A stretch of DNA of 64,000 nt, from positions 8,184,001 to 8,248,000 of the forward strand of contig CM068750.1 of NCBI GenBank assembly GCA_035084275.1, read 5' to 3'. This DNA comes from Hydrolagus colliei (lineage: Eukaryota). The translations under genes and the position numbers were made by a program. Positions 36,600-50,874 of the stretch are shown one piece after another; positions within the stretch are counted from its first letter, which is position 1, and each line of letters starts with the position of its first letter. The notes beneath the pieces are model-generated. The model had not been told where the DNA came from. It searched no databases and saw only the letters and a program-made list of their open reading frames with translations.

Positions 36600-36900
36600 T
36601 TGTAGAAAAATGATACCTAAGCAAAGGATTGTCATCTTTTGCATCATCAAGGGACACGTGTACAATATTCAGTGGAGAAATAATCGAATTGCATCAGCCT
36701 ATTGCATTTCCTGTACATTTCTTCAATCATGTAGCATCTGCAGGAGTGATAGAGGAAGTTATTAAAAATAACAGTTGGCAAACGATGAGTTACAAGGCAA
36801 TAATTCAACCGAGCAGTTCTGATGATGCCGTAAACCATAAGAGCAAAGCTCAAATCCTTTCTGAACATCAGCAGAACCCCAACTTGATTAAATAATGTTG
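36600..36900 (-). mobile_element. L1/Tx1 ORF2 relic
   Basis: KCNRLMQF then, after a frameshift, FLH*ILYT...QKM (~RxxQFKFLHRILxT..LxKM). Confidence 0.4.
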
Positions 36901-38699
36901 CAATAGCCACCAGAACTTGCTTCTCCTTCTTTTCAGGTGTTTGTGTTTTATATATTTGTGTTTAGTGAGTGCGCTGACATGATAGAGATGGAATGACAAA
37001 GGGTAAAGAAGAAAACAGAAGTTGGTGATACAGAAAAACATAAGTCATGTTAGTGAGGACCATAAGATTTAATGAGGGTTTCTTTCTAAGAAATATGACT
37101 ATCGCAACAAAATCTAAGTGGTATTTATTTAATTAGCTGCATTGTAGAATCCTACTAATGGCAAACAATCTTTACATCTGGGATCAGCTGCTGGTGGGTT
37201 AATGTTTTGCCATATATCGCTGATATATATAGAATAAGATACAGAATACGTTCATAGGATATCAATTCTAGGGTGTGGGAATGTCTCAAAAAGATTGCTG
37301 TTTTCTGTTTATTAATTGGAGAGCTGATTTGTTTGCCATATAAGACCAGCAATTGAGTGTTTATTAATGATGCTTCTCACATAAATATCTCAAGAGCAAA
37401 TGCTTTGCAGAGGTTAAAAAAGTGGATATGTCACAAAATTCCAATACATATAAAAAAGAGCTAAATGGTCGATAATCCTGAAGGATCAGGTGATCCAGTG
37501 CCAATATTGGTATCAACAAAACACTGTCTTGTAAATCACCTGCCTTAGTTTAATGCTTCCCTCACTAAAGGAACTTTAATCTGTAACATACATAAAATGG
37601 TTTGCACAACAGTAAATGTTTTGTTTGGCTTCCAAAAGTCCTGCTTGATGAAGGAGTTTGTATATGTCTAAAGTGTGCAATAAAATGATAATGGCCACTC
37701 AATCTGACTGGAAAATGAATTAAAAGGGAAATTGTTCTACATTTCCACATTCCTTGTCTAAGTGGCCCCGCAAACAGAGCTCATAAATGTTTAGCAGAGC
37801 TGTGCTATTCCTTACCCCCTTGGTTAACTTAGGTTACCAGACCTAATACACTTTCTCCAATATCACATTCTCCATTCAATTCTCAATTATAATTAAATCT
37901 TCCTTCCACCCCAGGAACTAGGACTTACTTTCTCCAACAGTTTTTCATAAATTTACCTGCCTGATTCATGTATGATGTCTTTCCTTTTCTGAAGCAAACT
38001 TTATCTGAGGAAAGTTGCACTGATGTGAAATGCACAGCATTGGTGTTTGCACAAGTGCCACAGTTTGATATGATGACAGGCAACTTCTGTGTATGGCCTG
38101 TTGGAAGCAAAAATACCAATCAGCTAAACTTGAGCGCAATGAATAACATTAACCTTTTGACATGACCCGAGATTGCTATCAGAGTATTCTTGGAAAATAT
38201 AACAGGATTTACCTAAACCAAATGCATTTTACTAGGATGAGATTTGCAGGGAAACATCTCTTTCGAATAGTTTCGCGCCTTCAGTTTCAACAGGGACAGA
38301 GTGCTGCAGTTGTGTTGGTGTTAAACAAGGCAGAGTATAATCATTGTCCAACAAGCAGGGATTTGTACCATGAGAGAAAGGAAGTACAGTATTTACCTAC
38401 CAGTGAATGGCTTTAAGCCATTCTCATGCATTCCCAACAGTTGGGCATAAATAGTTGTGTTGACAGAAGCTGACTTTATCCCTCCAATTTTTCTTTTTTT
38501 AAAAAAAAAGTTTTATTTTATAATAAATGCAACAAGGAACACTCAAAAGAATAGCAAATAGAAGGGCAAATAACAATGGCAGCATCACCCAGCATTGCTC
38601 CAATGCCTGCAGACTAGGACGCCTGTCTATTGATGTTAATGAGTGTGACCAAAAGATAAAAAGAATTCTCCCCAGCCTTGTATCTCTTGAGACAACTAT

Positions 38700-39300
38700 G
38701 ACCGCACAACACCTCTTTGAGGTGCCTAAAATATTCCATCCCATAGCTTCTGGGAAAGGGACATCTTGCAACTGTTCTACAGCTCAGTATTGAGGTGCAT
38801 CAAACCACAGATGATCGTATCGATGCAAAGCAGGAGCTTGTAATCTTTTTGGAATAGTTTTTGTTTGCAGTAAAAACAAACTTTCTTCTTAACCCCATCC
38901 TTATAAAGAAAAGCCTTGTCAATCCCACATGTGATTATTCTTTGTTGCACCAAGGGTCCCATAGATACGAATCGCAGAACAACAGGTATTTTCCACTTTG
39001 ACCACCCGTTTACTTTGAACAAATGTAAGACTGTCAGCCACCTCTAAGTACAGGATGAAGGAGAACAGATATTAGATTTCAGAATCTCTGGAGACATCCA
39101 AGAGCTTGTAGAATATAATAAGGATGGATGTGTTGTTATATGATTACTGCCTCATAGTCAATGTCCTACCCTGTTTGATGTCAAACCTTATTTACAAGGT
39201 ATTTACAAGGTGCACATTGGTGTAATGTAGGAACACTGCAGCAGGTTTCTGTTTGGGTTGGGGGAATTTTTTGTGTAATTCAGTTTCCTTCCATCTGAGA
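38700..39300 (-). mobile_element. L1/Tx1 ORF2 relic (post-RT)
   Basis: GRTL...SILYYILQAL, RWLTVL...WSKWKIP, PL-WCNK-ITCG..KAFLYKD(G)VKKKVCF (~PLWxNxxI...KxLFYxxWxxKGI). Confidence 0.5.
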
Positions 39301-40259
39301 ACCTCATAGCCTCAAAGAATGGTTGTGCAATTGGGACAGTTTGAGTGTCACTTGAAAGCTGCATGAAGTATAAATCAGGCTTCTCACTCCCCATCACTCT
39401 ACTGCTGGAAGTGAAGCTGTTTCCATTCCAAGCAGCATAAATGCAGCCTGAGACCTGTGCCAATGCAAAGCCTCTCAGTTAGTGTGAATTTCTAATACCA
39501 GCTTTGTCCTCAGTAGTGCTTCTCAGGTTTTTTTAAAATGATTATACTTGCCTCACATTTAGAGTGCAGTTGTGGTGTATGTCAGGAAGGAGTCATTTAT
39601 TAAAGGATATTATTGCTTTTGGTGGGGGATCTCCAGGCTTTCAGTTGTTATGGATAGCACCGGAGAAGATTTCAGACTTGGGATTTTGTGTTTGGGAACA
39701 CAAATAAGTGGAAGAAAAGAAGAAAGAGGCTGCTACAGTTCAGAGTGTAGGCTGCCTCACCTCATGTAAAGCCTAAACGTTAATTCAGAGTAATTCAGCA
39801 ATATTAAATCAGAGTAGTTCGAGGACTTCAAGTGCTAAGATACAACATAGGTTTCATGATGAAAATATTTTCTGACTAGAAAATTTCAGTGGTCCATTTC
39901 TTCCACTTTTCCAGGTAAAATTTGGGAAGGAAATATCTTTCATAAATAGGCAGGTCTGGGGATATGATTCGGGTGGGGGGGGGGAGTAGAGGGGGTGGGG
40001 AGTCATTGAACTGTAAAACACTTTATCAACAGTCAATTTATTCTCTATGTTCAACACATTGAACAGCATTTTCATGCACTGCTTTGTGTCTGAGGTGAGT
40101 GCAACTTTATTTTCAGTATGAAACATGTGCAGAACAAGATAACACTCCAGTGACCACAGAAACATAACAAAATTGGAATTCTGTGAGTTTGCAAGAGCCG
40201 GCAGGAGAGATTATCTGGTGAATTCTTCTCTCAATGTGGAAATAGAATACAAACCCTCA

Positions 40260-40540
40260 AACAGTGATAATAGTTACCACTCTGAAGCTGTCTGGAAAAT
40301 TGAACATCACCAAGCTAAGACATTGTCACTTTCTAGATTTGCTTATTGGTTGTGCAGAATCAAAGATTGTTATAGCAGAGAAACAGGTCCATCAAGTTAC
40401 CACTGGTATTTTTTCTCTACAAAAGCCAAGTTTTGTTTTGCTTACATGGAACCATAATACTCTTGTCCAATTTTCTAAACCTTCAAAATGGTCTGAATGC
40501 TACTTTTTAGTTCAACCACTTTATGGCAAAGAAAACAAAT
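40260..40540 (+). mobile_element. Possible Penelope RT C-terminal relic
   Basis: KLNIT...CHFLDLLI..AESKIV....VHQVTTGIF....SF (~FT.E...PFLDVLI...T.VYRKPT.TG...SF). Confidence 0.35.
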
Positions 40541-40990
40541 GATCCTTGCAATTGTCTGAATAAAGGGAAAAACAAAATCTGTCTCTTTATATCACGAATC
40601 AGACATTGAGTAATCTTGCAATAAACACTGTAGGAAGTGTTGCTAAAAGATCAAGATTCATTTTCTTTTTAACAAATATCAGACTATTAATGCATAGATT
40701 TAACTGAGAAAGAATACATAATAATAATCTTATTCATTATCTGATCACATTCATGGAGATGATTCAAATCGCTTCACAGGATTTACTGTAAGATGCACGG
40801 ACTGTGTAGGCAAATGCATATTTTGGAAGAGAATCCTGCTGAATCCTACTAGAATGTGATCCACTGTTTTGTAGGCATGATCTGAACTGTACAGTGAACG
40901 ACACCTCCCCACCTTCCCTCATCAGCGCCTCAAATTTTTTCTGTAACCCTATTCTCAATACCAAACACAGTAGAACAATGTAATAGAATG

Positions 40991-41165
40991 CAAAATTACA
41001 TTTGTATAGCGCCTTTTACATTGGACAGTCAGGGATTTGGAATCGAGCTGAGGATCGGGGAGCATGGAGGGCTGGAGGATGGATGAAGGCTCAGTTGGAG
41101 AGAAGCGTTTTGAGACGCACCTTAAAGCAGGCAAGGGAGAATGCGAGGCATAGGGAATGTGACGT
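40991..41165 (-). mobile_element. L2 LINE 3' fragment
   Basis: caaaattacatttgtatagcgcc...ggacagtcagggat...gagaagcgttttgagacgcaccttaaag; homologous to 10092. Confidence 0.75.
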
Positions 41166-43716
41166 GGAGGTACATATAAAATAAAAGGGAGCTCCACGTA
41201 AAGAGTTGTAAAAAAAATTATTTGTTGATATCCAGAATCTTTGACAACTGCAATCACCTTTCCAGTTGAATTGGTTATTTGAGTAGAAATGGAATGTTTC
41301 AGAGTATTATTCTGACCTCACGTTACCTGTCTTGGGATGTGTCGCTTTTAACGGTTGATTGCCTCGGCCTGAACAATTAGCACAATGGCAATGCATGGAT
41401 TGGGTATTGAACACTGTGAGGACTCTGTGGCTATTTATAAACCTTCCTCAAAATGCTAACAGCATGTCATCTTCTGCGCCCTCCTTCCTGTTTAGGTTAC
41501 TACTGACACTTGGTAGTTCACACTTTTTCAGGAATCTCCTAAGCACCAGTAGCAGCAACACTGCTAGTGGACAATGACTATAACAGGCTATTTTTTTTGT
41601 TAAACTGGCTAATTAAGACAGTTCCTTGCAAATCCTGCTTTTGTTTGCCTCTAGCCTTGTCAACAATGCAGTACAGATGCACCATCTTAACCCCATCTTC
41701 AGGATGAGGAAGTGAAATCTTGCTGCACTGCAGATGTTAATTATGTTGGTTTGGTGCCTGGAAATTCACATTCCTTTCATAAAGAAGGAAGACAAAGTGG
41801 TGATTGGCACCATTTGAGAACTGGTGCCACTGAACCATGGGGTCCCATGAGGGTGCTGGAAGAATGAAATCCACTTCTGCTTTTATCAGATTCATCATCA
41901 GAAGAAGATTCTGACTTGAACGATGACTAATCTTAAGAAACTACAAGAGCATGATACATTGTTAAGTACGGAATTGCCCAAAGCAACAACATCAGAAATA
42001 AAAGCATTGCTCAGGGAATGTTAGAGGTGTTGACTGTAACTCTATCTTTTTATCTTCAATGATTCCACTGGTGCTTTTTCTCTGTGAATGATGATATAAA
42101 GAGAATTTTTTTTTCTTGATTTGTTTCCTTTTCTGGATTGGTTGAATTAGAAGTGCAAAGTAAAGTTCAGACCATTTTGAGGGTTAGACAAAAATGCTCT
42201 GGCTGCAAACCTTATCCTTGCCATTTGGAATTTGATGTGGTCTACAAACTCAGCCTTATCACCATTGTCTCAATTGGCTTAATCCATTAATATACTCTGT
42301 TAGTGGAATTAATTTACACTGTGTTTCTTTGCAGAACTATGAAATATGTTCTCCTTATTTCAAGTGTAGTTAAAAAAGAATACATGTTACTTTATACATT
42401 GGAACATATCAAACATTTTGCAAAAATTTTCATCACATATAATGACTGTTTTTCACCAGCAAATTGTATCAGCCATTATGGACACAGCCTGGCCACACCA
42501 ACAGTCATAAAGTGAATAGTTGATTAAGAGAAACGCCTTTCCCTTTTTGAATAGTATCTTGGGATCATTATTGTCCACCTTGTAGACGATCCCTTTCAAC
42601 TGCAGAATTTACTAAAGAAATTTCCGACATTATGACAACCCTCTATTTAGTGATTCACCGTTGGCAGCCCATTCCTAGGAATAAATTCACTATGAAGCAT
42701 AACCTTACTATGAGTGGTTTGCTGTAGGTGTTGCTTTTTGGACAATGATTCAATCATGTGTTAAATGCCATATATTCTGCATCACTATCTTTTTGTTTCC
42801 TATGTTTACGTAGTATATTTGTACAACAATTTTACCTCATTTCAAGCATTGCAACCTACACAATAAAAGCATTGCATAGCAAAGTACATTACTCATGTTA
42901 CAATAATCACCCGGCTTCCTCAACCTCCATTGTTTAACAAAAGAAGACATTTGGAAAAATAAAGGTCAATATGAACATTCGGTTGTGAAGACTGAGCCTG
43001 TCAATCAGTACTGTCAACTCTCAATTCCCAAAGACCCTCCAAATATCTGAGAAAGTCAATAATTCAAAGGAGAAAGGTACTGAATTGCCACGTAATCTAT
43101 ATTAGAATGAGAAATAGTTACATATTGATAGCCGAATCCTCTTTTGTTCCCATGTTTTAAAATCATTGAAGCAGCCTAGCAGTTGGTGGATATGTCTCTG
43201 TTATGTCTTTGTGTAGCTCGATCTCTGATATCATAAATCAGGAGTGTTGCCCAAAGCCCTTTCTCCTTCAAGGGATTTCCCTAAACTAATGCATCACAAT
43301 TTCACTGGAAAGAACCTTCCCGCAAGCGAATTTTGTTGACCAATTATTTCCACTCTATCTCTGAAAAACCATTTTAAAGTATAAAATAACATGTTCATAA
43401 TATCAATCCTCAAACTTAGAATGAATATAACCTGAAAAAAATAGATTCCCCCCCACCCCCCACCCAATACACACTATCGCTCCCAATTGATCCAAACTGC
43501 AGTACTGTACTCACAAATGCAATAAATTGTGATTTCAAATTAAATCCACTAAATACTGTACCACAAACTCAGACAACTAACCTCGAAAGGCAAGTAAGCA
43601 ACCATTGACCTTTTAGGTCGGCTTTATGGAGACAAATTCTCTGGATGGTGCTTTAAATCAACTTAACTGTAAGACAATTGAAATTGAAACTTCAACGCTT
43701 TCAGTTCTATTTTTTC

Positions 43717-44060
43717 ATAGAATCATATCATAGAATCATAGAATTTTACGGCACAAAAGGAGGCCATTCGGCCCATCTAGTCTGTGCCGGCTCTTTGAAA
43801 AGAGCGATTCAATCCCATTGCCCTGCCCGCTCCCCATAGCCTAATAGACCCGTTCTTCCTAAATAAAGATCTAATTCCCTTTTAAAAGTTGTTATCGAAT
43901 CAGCCTCCACCACCTTTTCAGGCAATGCATTCCAGATTCGAACAACTCGCTGAGTGAAAAAATTTCTCCTCAGCTCCCCTGTACTGCGCCTTGAAACTAT
44001 TTAAAATCTGTGACCACGAGTCACAGATTCACCCACGAGTGGAAATAGTTTTTCTCTATT
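43717..44060 (-). mobile_element. CR1-type (shark HER1-like) LINE 3' end including the ORF2 terminus
   Basis: (catagaat)n tail; the reverse strand reads LRRNFFTQRVVRIWNALPEKVVEADSITTFKRELD. Confidence 0.9.
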
Positions 44061-45619
44061 ATCTGAGGACTCCATCTATATTAATATCATTGGTTACATG
44101 TGCATTGGGAAACACTGCGAGAAATTCTCGGATCTTCCTTGAGAAATATGACAGACACCAAACTAACAGCCATTCTGGATTGGGGAACAAATTTGTGAAC
44201 CTGGTTTGACTGGATTAGTATCTATCTAGTCCAAATACAGTGTCTTCGCGTACAGTGTCCTATTGGTAAAGGTGGGGTGTATCAAAGTGAATAATTCAGG
44301 CCTGCAATATATATCTTTCACCACATCTTCACTGCCTACAGCTAGGCCTTCATCTACCTTGCCCCTAACCTCTGTGACTCCCTCTCTTTATCCTTCTATC
44401 TCACCTTTTCTTTATCTTTAAATCCTGCCTAGAAACTTTCCTCTTCTCTAGCATTTGCTATTGTTAACTGCTGGAGGTTACTTTGTTTATGATTTGTTAT
44501 GTTTACCTTTTGATCTCTTTGTTTTCTTGCCTTGTTTTATTTCTTAAAGGTGAGTGGATGGTGAGACTGGGGTAACAGAAAATGAATTGGGTTTAACTTT
44601 TTTAAAATGCCATGTTTGATCAGTCAAATATCGAGCTACAATCATTTGCTCTAAGGAGGTGGCAATGGAATTCACTAAGTGAATCGCATATCTAACTGAA
44701 CAGAGAGGAAATTGATTTACTTTGCTTCAGATACATTTGTGCATCCAAGGAGAAGCATGCGACCTGTCAGATTTGTGTCACATATTGTACAGAAGCAAAA
44801 GATTCAACGTCAGGCCAAGTGGGTTAGAAAAATAATCACTTTCCCCACTGTCCAGCCAGATTATATTCATGTAGATTCCTGTAGCATCACTATCTGCTGT
44901 CAATTTAAAACCATTGGTACTTTAAAAAGAAGCGCTTCATGCACATATACAGATTGTCATGTTCTTGTCACTTTCACTTGAAAACATATTAAGAGACAGA
45001 AAAATTATGTTCGAATTGAAGAATTTAAAAGGACAACTATTTGCAATTATCCTCCAGTGTTTTTTTTATTTTCCAAAAAGATACTCTTTGCACTTTTTTT
45101 TTTGCAGACACAGCAGATTAGGGTGCAGAAGAAGGGTAAATGAAATGGCTGGTGCAAAGGTTTACAAATAAAACATTATGTTTGATGCACAACAATGGAA
45201 CAAAGGTTCACTGTTTTGTGTCTGCATGTGTCAGATGTTATCTGCTACTTCACAAAAGCAACTGATGATTTTTGACATTTGTGGTATCTGTGTCAACTTT
45301 CGTGTGCTCAGCTTTCTGAAAGTTGTGTTTCTTAATGGAGGTTTAGCACAGAGGTTGAGCTACTGTGTATGAAGTTGGTTCAGGTTATTAAATTGCCTAA
45401 CCCTGCCAATGTGTGAATCTGTTCTTGGCTGTGTCCAGATGTTGTCCTGCTGTTGCACGTGTGTGTTCTGGACTCTGTTCAGCTGTCCAGTGGGGCAGTT
45501 CTGTTCTGAGACAGCTCAATTTGATGCAGTCAGGCTTATGTGTCAGACTGTACAATCTAGCATGACTTGAAAGATTAATTTTGTTCTCTTTATGTTTGTA
45601 GATTAGCAATGGATAATTG

Positions 45620-46200
45620 AAGATTTGTATATATAAATGCAAATCCAGTCTCAGGGGACATTTTATTTTTAAACATCCTATTTACCTGTCATCGCTACCC
45701 AACCTGTCATATGTCCATTGGGACATTAATTACAATATCAAATTGCCTTGCTACATAGAAACTGCATTATGCTTTGCTCTTTCTCAGTCTTTTTCCAATC
45801 TTTTATCCAATGGCAGTAATTAATAAGCTTCTTTGTGCTATGAGGGAGTCATGGCGGAAAAGGGGGTTCTCCTTTAAATGTATATTTTTCTTTCATGAAA
45901 TTTAATAAACATCCCCTACTATCTGACTGCTGCTGGAGTATAGTTGCAGGAATGCCAGGCACCCTTTGTTTCATCTTCAAAGCATTAATTAGCTTTTTTT
46001 TATTCCATCCCATTTTTCCCCCTTTTCTTCTGGAAACCATTGGCTGTTGCTGGACTACATTTTACCCTTTGGTTTGGCAATTTTTGATGTGTGAACGTAG
46101 AAAATGAGATTTGTCGGATACTGTGATGTCGAAGGCGAACCTGATCCCCTTCCCCAATATCCCTTGGAGTGGTCTTTGAATGGCATCAGAAATAATTCTG
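45620..46200 (-). mobile_element. Decayed Ty3/Gypsy integrase relic
   Basis: HIKNCQ...QQPM, LINALK...PGIPATIL...SD...LNFMKE (~VIxxLKxxFAxxGIPxxxxSDNG...FxxF), P*LPHS, CPLRLDL. Confidence 0.45.
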
Positions 46201-46974
46201 AGCCCTTTCAAGATAATTGTAGCACTCCTTATGTGGCTGCTGCTTTCATTCGGGTTATCAGGTTGTTTGATGTATTCTGTAAATGTATTAATAGCTCTTG
46301 CTTATCACTGCTTGCCTAGAGATGGAATCTCAATTTACATAATTTCCCGATGCTGATCAAATTTGCAAGGCATGGTGCACTACAAGTGTAATTTGGTGGT
46401 ATTGTTGATGTTGTTGCACGCATTGGAAAATATTTGTTCAGAGTTAGATCATCTGTTTCATTCTCAGGTTACAATTGACTGAATTTGTGAAGTGATTCAT
46501 GTTGCTTGCATCTCTGAGGTCTCATATGTCTCAGTTGGTGGCAGAGTCTCTGGCACTATTGGGGATCCAATTGGAAACAACAATTATGGTTCTCAACAGA
46601 TTGTAAAAATTGTAAATTAATCAGGAGGGGAGGAATTGGAAAAAATTTGATTTTTATACTCATCCATGCATTTTCGTATTCATTGAAATAGATCACAAAC
46701 TAATAGAAATTAATTGTGAATCAATGAAGCAATTATAAATACCTTCTAATTATTCTGTTAACTTCAATTAATTCAACATCTTCGCTGTATTTTACCAGCT
46801 GTATTCGGACAGCCTGATCGCAACAATAATTTTGCAAGAAATAATGATTAATATCCTATCTATGTATTTATTTTGGAATAACTGAGCTGGTCAATTTGGC
46901 GGAATTAAATTAGTATCAGCATATTCATTAATTGATCCAGGGACCTTCCGCAGTCAAGTCATTTCACCTGTGCA

Positions 46975-47172
46975 TGTTTCCTTACTCCACATGCCTAATA
47001 ATAATCCCTCCAAAAAAATACAATAATAAAAATTGGTCATTTTCAATCCATGACTGTTTGTGGGACACTGCTTTACAGTCAATTCACTTTACAGTATATT
47101 CTGTGAAGGGCTTTGAGGCATCGATAAGATGTAAAAAGTGTTATATCAAATGCAAGGATTATTATTATTATT
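46975..47172 (+). mobile_element. Deu-SINE, headless
   Basis: gtttccttactccacatgcc...tcaaatgcaaggattattattatt. Confidence 0.85.
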
Positions 47173-47559
47173 AATTCCATTTCCTCACATTCACACTGGC
47201 TCCTCCTCTAACCCAGGCCTGATTTTTTTTAAAAAGAAGAACATTTTAAATATTCGTCAAATTATTTTTAGTACACTACAGTAGTTCGATATTTAATTAC
47301 ACAATTTCTACTTAAAATGCTCTTTCCCCAAAATAAATCCAAACGTTCTGCCTTTGCCCTTTAAGATGAATCTACTGCTAGTGCCTCAAAGCTGCAAAGC
47401 CTGCAAGTTAATTATTTAGGTGGAGTAATTAAAAGGTTGTTTCATTTGTTTACCTTTACCACTGTCAGTCAACCATGTGGACATGACTATGACTAAAAGC
47501 TGCTGTCAGACTCTAGTAAAGACTTAATCACAGAGGTTTATAAAAAGTCTGAGTTTCGG

Positions 47560-48850
47560 GTGGAGTGAGGTGTGGGTGAGGACATTGTAATTGCTGCTAA
47601 AGGGGGCAAGATAAAGTCATCTGAAAGTAAAGAGCTTATTCTGAAACTTCTTCGCTCACCAAGTTTCAATCGGCATTTTCTCTTATCTTCTCCTCTTCTG
47701 AAGGTGCTGAGATATGGTTCTCTAAATGCCAGGATGCCACCAGGTGCCAAATCCAGGTTAGCCATTGTTCGTGTATGAACCTGTTATCAATTAATATCCA
47801 TACGGGTGGTCCTCCAATAGGAGTTACAATGATAGGGAACTAATATTCCTCTCCCTATCCCAGGAGCACTAAGGCCAATTGTACCTCCATGTCCATTAAG
47901 GCCATCAAGAAGAGCACAGACCAGATGTTGAACCTGTGACTTGGGACATCCACCTGACTTGCTATACAAGTATAATTTTGTTGTTTGGGATTTGTTGTTG
48001 TTGTTGTTGTTGTTGTGACTACTTAATTCTGTATAGAGCTATACAAGCAATGCTTTTACACACTGGGCTATCAAGGGACGTTCCTGTAAGGGTGTCATTC
48101 TGAAGGACAAGTAAGATTGAAATTCTCTTTGAGGATATTTTCCATGACAGTTTCAACTTGGTGATAAGATTCATGGTGACAACCATTGGTTTATTCATCT
48201 GATAAACACATTATATAATTTTCAGATGCCTATTGTAGTTTTGCTGTCTTTGAAAAGTAATTGTGTTTTTCATGTATTTGTAGCTTCTCTACTTAAAGGA
48301 ATACCTACAGCAACATGCGGAAAATTGAGATCTGGATTAGAGGTCATCTCCAACTAAAACAAGTCAAAATAACTTTCCAGTCTTCGTCACAAATTCTTTC
48401 AAAGCTTTTTTAGCTGTTGATCTATTCCTTGGTAGCTTTTGGTATAATAATACAAAATAATACTGTTGAATTTGAATGAAATGCTGTTAAATAAAGCAAA
48501 GCTTAGCCTTAAGTTAGATTCTCACATTGGTTTATTTCTGGCTTCACAAATGGGTTCTGAATTCCTCAATTACTTGCTCCATTGAACCAATACTTATTTC
48601 CGGCTATGCTTCAGTGGCTATCACATTGATACATCTGCAAAGGGTTACGGAGATGAAGAAGAGCCTCCATGGAGATCCAGTAACCTTTTGCTAATATATG
48701 CAACATTTGTGACTATGGAAGAATCTGCAATAGGTAAGTTAGGATCAATAATGAGCGATGAGTGAAACCTGATGAAATATCATGGGAAGCATTGAAGTAG
48801 CTGGTTTGCCGTGAAATTCTATTTTCTTTGACCTTTGTATTTGAAAATTT
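47560..48850 (-). mobile_element. Possible scattered L1-type ORF2 relics
   Basis: PWRLFF; ICDEDWKVIL...IQISIFRML; LENHISAPSEEEK...VSEEV. Weak. Confidence 0.22.
47941..48016 (+). mobile_element. L2 tail-only insert with (TTG)n microsatellite
   Basis: ttgggacatccacctgac..gctatacaagtataattttgttg...(TTG)n. Confidence 0.7.
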
Positions 48851-50308
48851 TGTAACTTTGTTCTTGTCTTCTTCCATTCATCCAGTTATTTCAGTTTCTG
48901 AAGTTCACCCCTGCATTCTGTATTGTGCTAGTCAGTCCTCTAGGTCTCAATGTTCTGAATTATGTACTGTACATGTGGAAAAAGTACCAATAGTGCAATG
49001 TAAAAATATTGTGTTATGCAAGAAGTGACTTATGCAAATATTGTTCTTGCCTCTTCAAATCGAATATTTCATGTACTGTCATGAACCTGTTTATTTTTGA
49101 TCAACAGAATTATCCTTAGCTTAAAAAATAATGAAAAGAGAAAATAAATTCCCTAGGCATATGACTCATAGTGGGTTATATTTATACTAAAAATAAATGG
49201 ATATTCGTGAGAAATTATTAAGCTAAGGCAATGGGAGGTATTGAACTCTAGCTTCAATATTGCCCACATGGCACATTTTTAGCTCTCAATTTAAACCTAA
49301 TTTAGTAGTGGTAGTTTAATCAATTCACTCTATTATACAGAAGCTGCATTTACAGAAACTCCACAGTAATGCAACTTATCTACATCAACAAAAAGGATAG
49401 TTGACAGAAGGATGAGATCACCTGAGCCAAAGTGATAGCTGAATCTGAAGCTCTTGTGTGTTCTGTGCTGTGGTGAGTGAATAGTAATGAAGTTGTGTTA
49501 CCAGTCACCAGCAAGCCAATCACAATGACAATTCCAGAATGTTTTTCTCTTTTTTGCTTTTTAAATTAATTTTACTGTTTAATTTTTTTCTCTTAAGAAA
49601 TCATCATTTCTGTCTGTTCAAAAATTATCTTTCACGACCATACAATCACTTAAAATATTCAGTGTAAGATTTTAAAAAGACCGCGTCTGCCTGCCAGTTG
49701 CTGTGGATTATGCGTTTGTTTGGACATATCAATATAACTTGCTGACAAATCATGGAAAACAATTAGCTCAACTGAGTGTCATATGGATAGAGACTTTGAC
49801 TTTTCAATGTCATAAGTTGAAATGTTTCTTGATTTGTACTGCTGTGGTTAGAAAAGCTTGAGGCTCCATTTAAATAGCATTTTCTTAAGTTGCTGCAAAC
49901 CAAATCAATATTCTAACTTAATTAGATCTGTTTGATAATGCTTTTAAATGTTTCTGCAGCTACTCTTAATGCAGCCGTGGTGACTTTTTTTCCCCTAAGC
50001 AAGAAAATTGATGATGAAGAAAGAGTTCAACATGATCACTGAAGCACAACACTCCAGGTCACTGTTTCAAATTCCATTCTTCGTTATGATGTTAAGCAGT
50101 CCACACAATTCCGGGTAGATGTGTTGCTGTGTAGCACATGATTTTTTTTTGGAAAGATGTGTCAGACACAGATTTTACAAGTGGCAAAGAATTTCATTTG
50201 TTCTGTTTCACCTGAATTATTGCCCGCGGAATGAGGTCCCAAGCCCCCACATTTGCTTTCCACATCTCTCATTGGTTGATGATTTATACAGCTGGCACTG
50301 AGAACCTG

Positions 50309-50364
50309 ATTGCTGAGAACCACAGTTCCTTTATTGCTGCGAACCACAGTTCCTTTATTGCTGC
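50309..50364. repeat. 24-bp tandem duplication (attgctg[a/c]gaaccacagttccttt, ~2.3 copies)
   Basis: Directly visible. Confidence 0.9.
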
Positions 50365-50437
50365 TGAGTAACAAATATGGTGGGATTTTCGGTATCAAAA
50401 CAGTGAATCAAATCCCGTGCCTATTATCCACCACACA

Positions 50438-50750
50438 ATGGCTCCTGGGTAAGTCCCCGTAACAATACATCTGTATTATTATTTCACAGTGATTAATAGA
50501 AAATGTTTTTACATCAAGAGCCAATCATGTGGCAGATGTTTCATGAAATTCATCTTGAACGCAATGAAATGCAGAATTTTGATTTCAGTGTCAAAGATCC
50601 AGTCCTGAGGTTTCCAAAGCTCCAGTATGATAATGGTTTAGTGATATTATTTGGCCTTTTTAAGCATAGAAATGGCAGATTCAAGAAATGTGTGGCTGAC
50701 AATGTCTCAATAGTAGGGGAAGGAATATATCAAACTTTAATACAGATTTA
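50438..50750 (+). repeat. Copy 1 of a diverged ~320-bp direct repeat (copy 2 at 58093-58415)
   Basis: Shared blocks in order: gtaacaatacatctg, tggcagatgttt..aaattcat, agtgtcaa, tatgataatggtt, cagattca, gtaggggaaggaatat.tcaaactttaa. Confidence 0.85.
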
Positions 50751-50874
50751 AACTCTCTAAGACACTACCCTGCATGTAGAGAGCTATATGGATGCAAGTA
50801 GTATTGTAAAATTTGTTGCTCTTTTGTTACTGATTCACTGACTAAATAGTTCCTAACCTAATTTAATCTTTTAA

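Noticed and set aside
41890-42002. Terminal mini-exon ag|(D)SSSEEDSDLNDD* with AATAAA at about 41997
   Set aside because: It looks plausible but is only about 13 codons, has no upstream exons in the window, and is within chance expectation.
47538-47765. ATG-initiated 75-aa ORF (MANLDLAPGG...)
   Set aside because: No homology recognised; an alternative frame weakly resembles a LINE relic.
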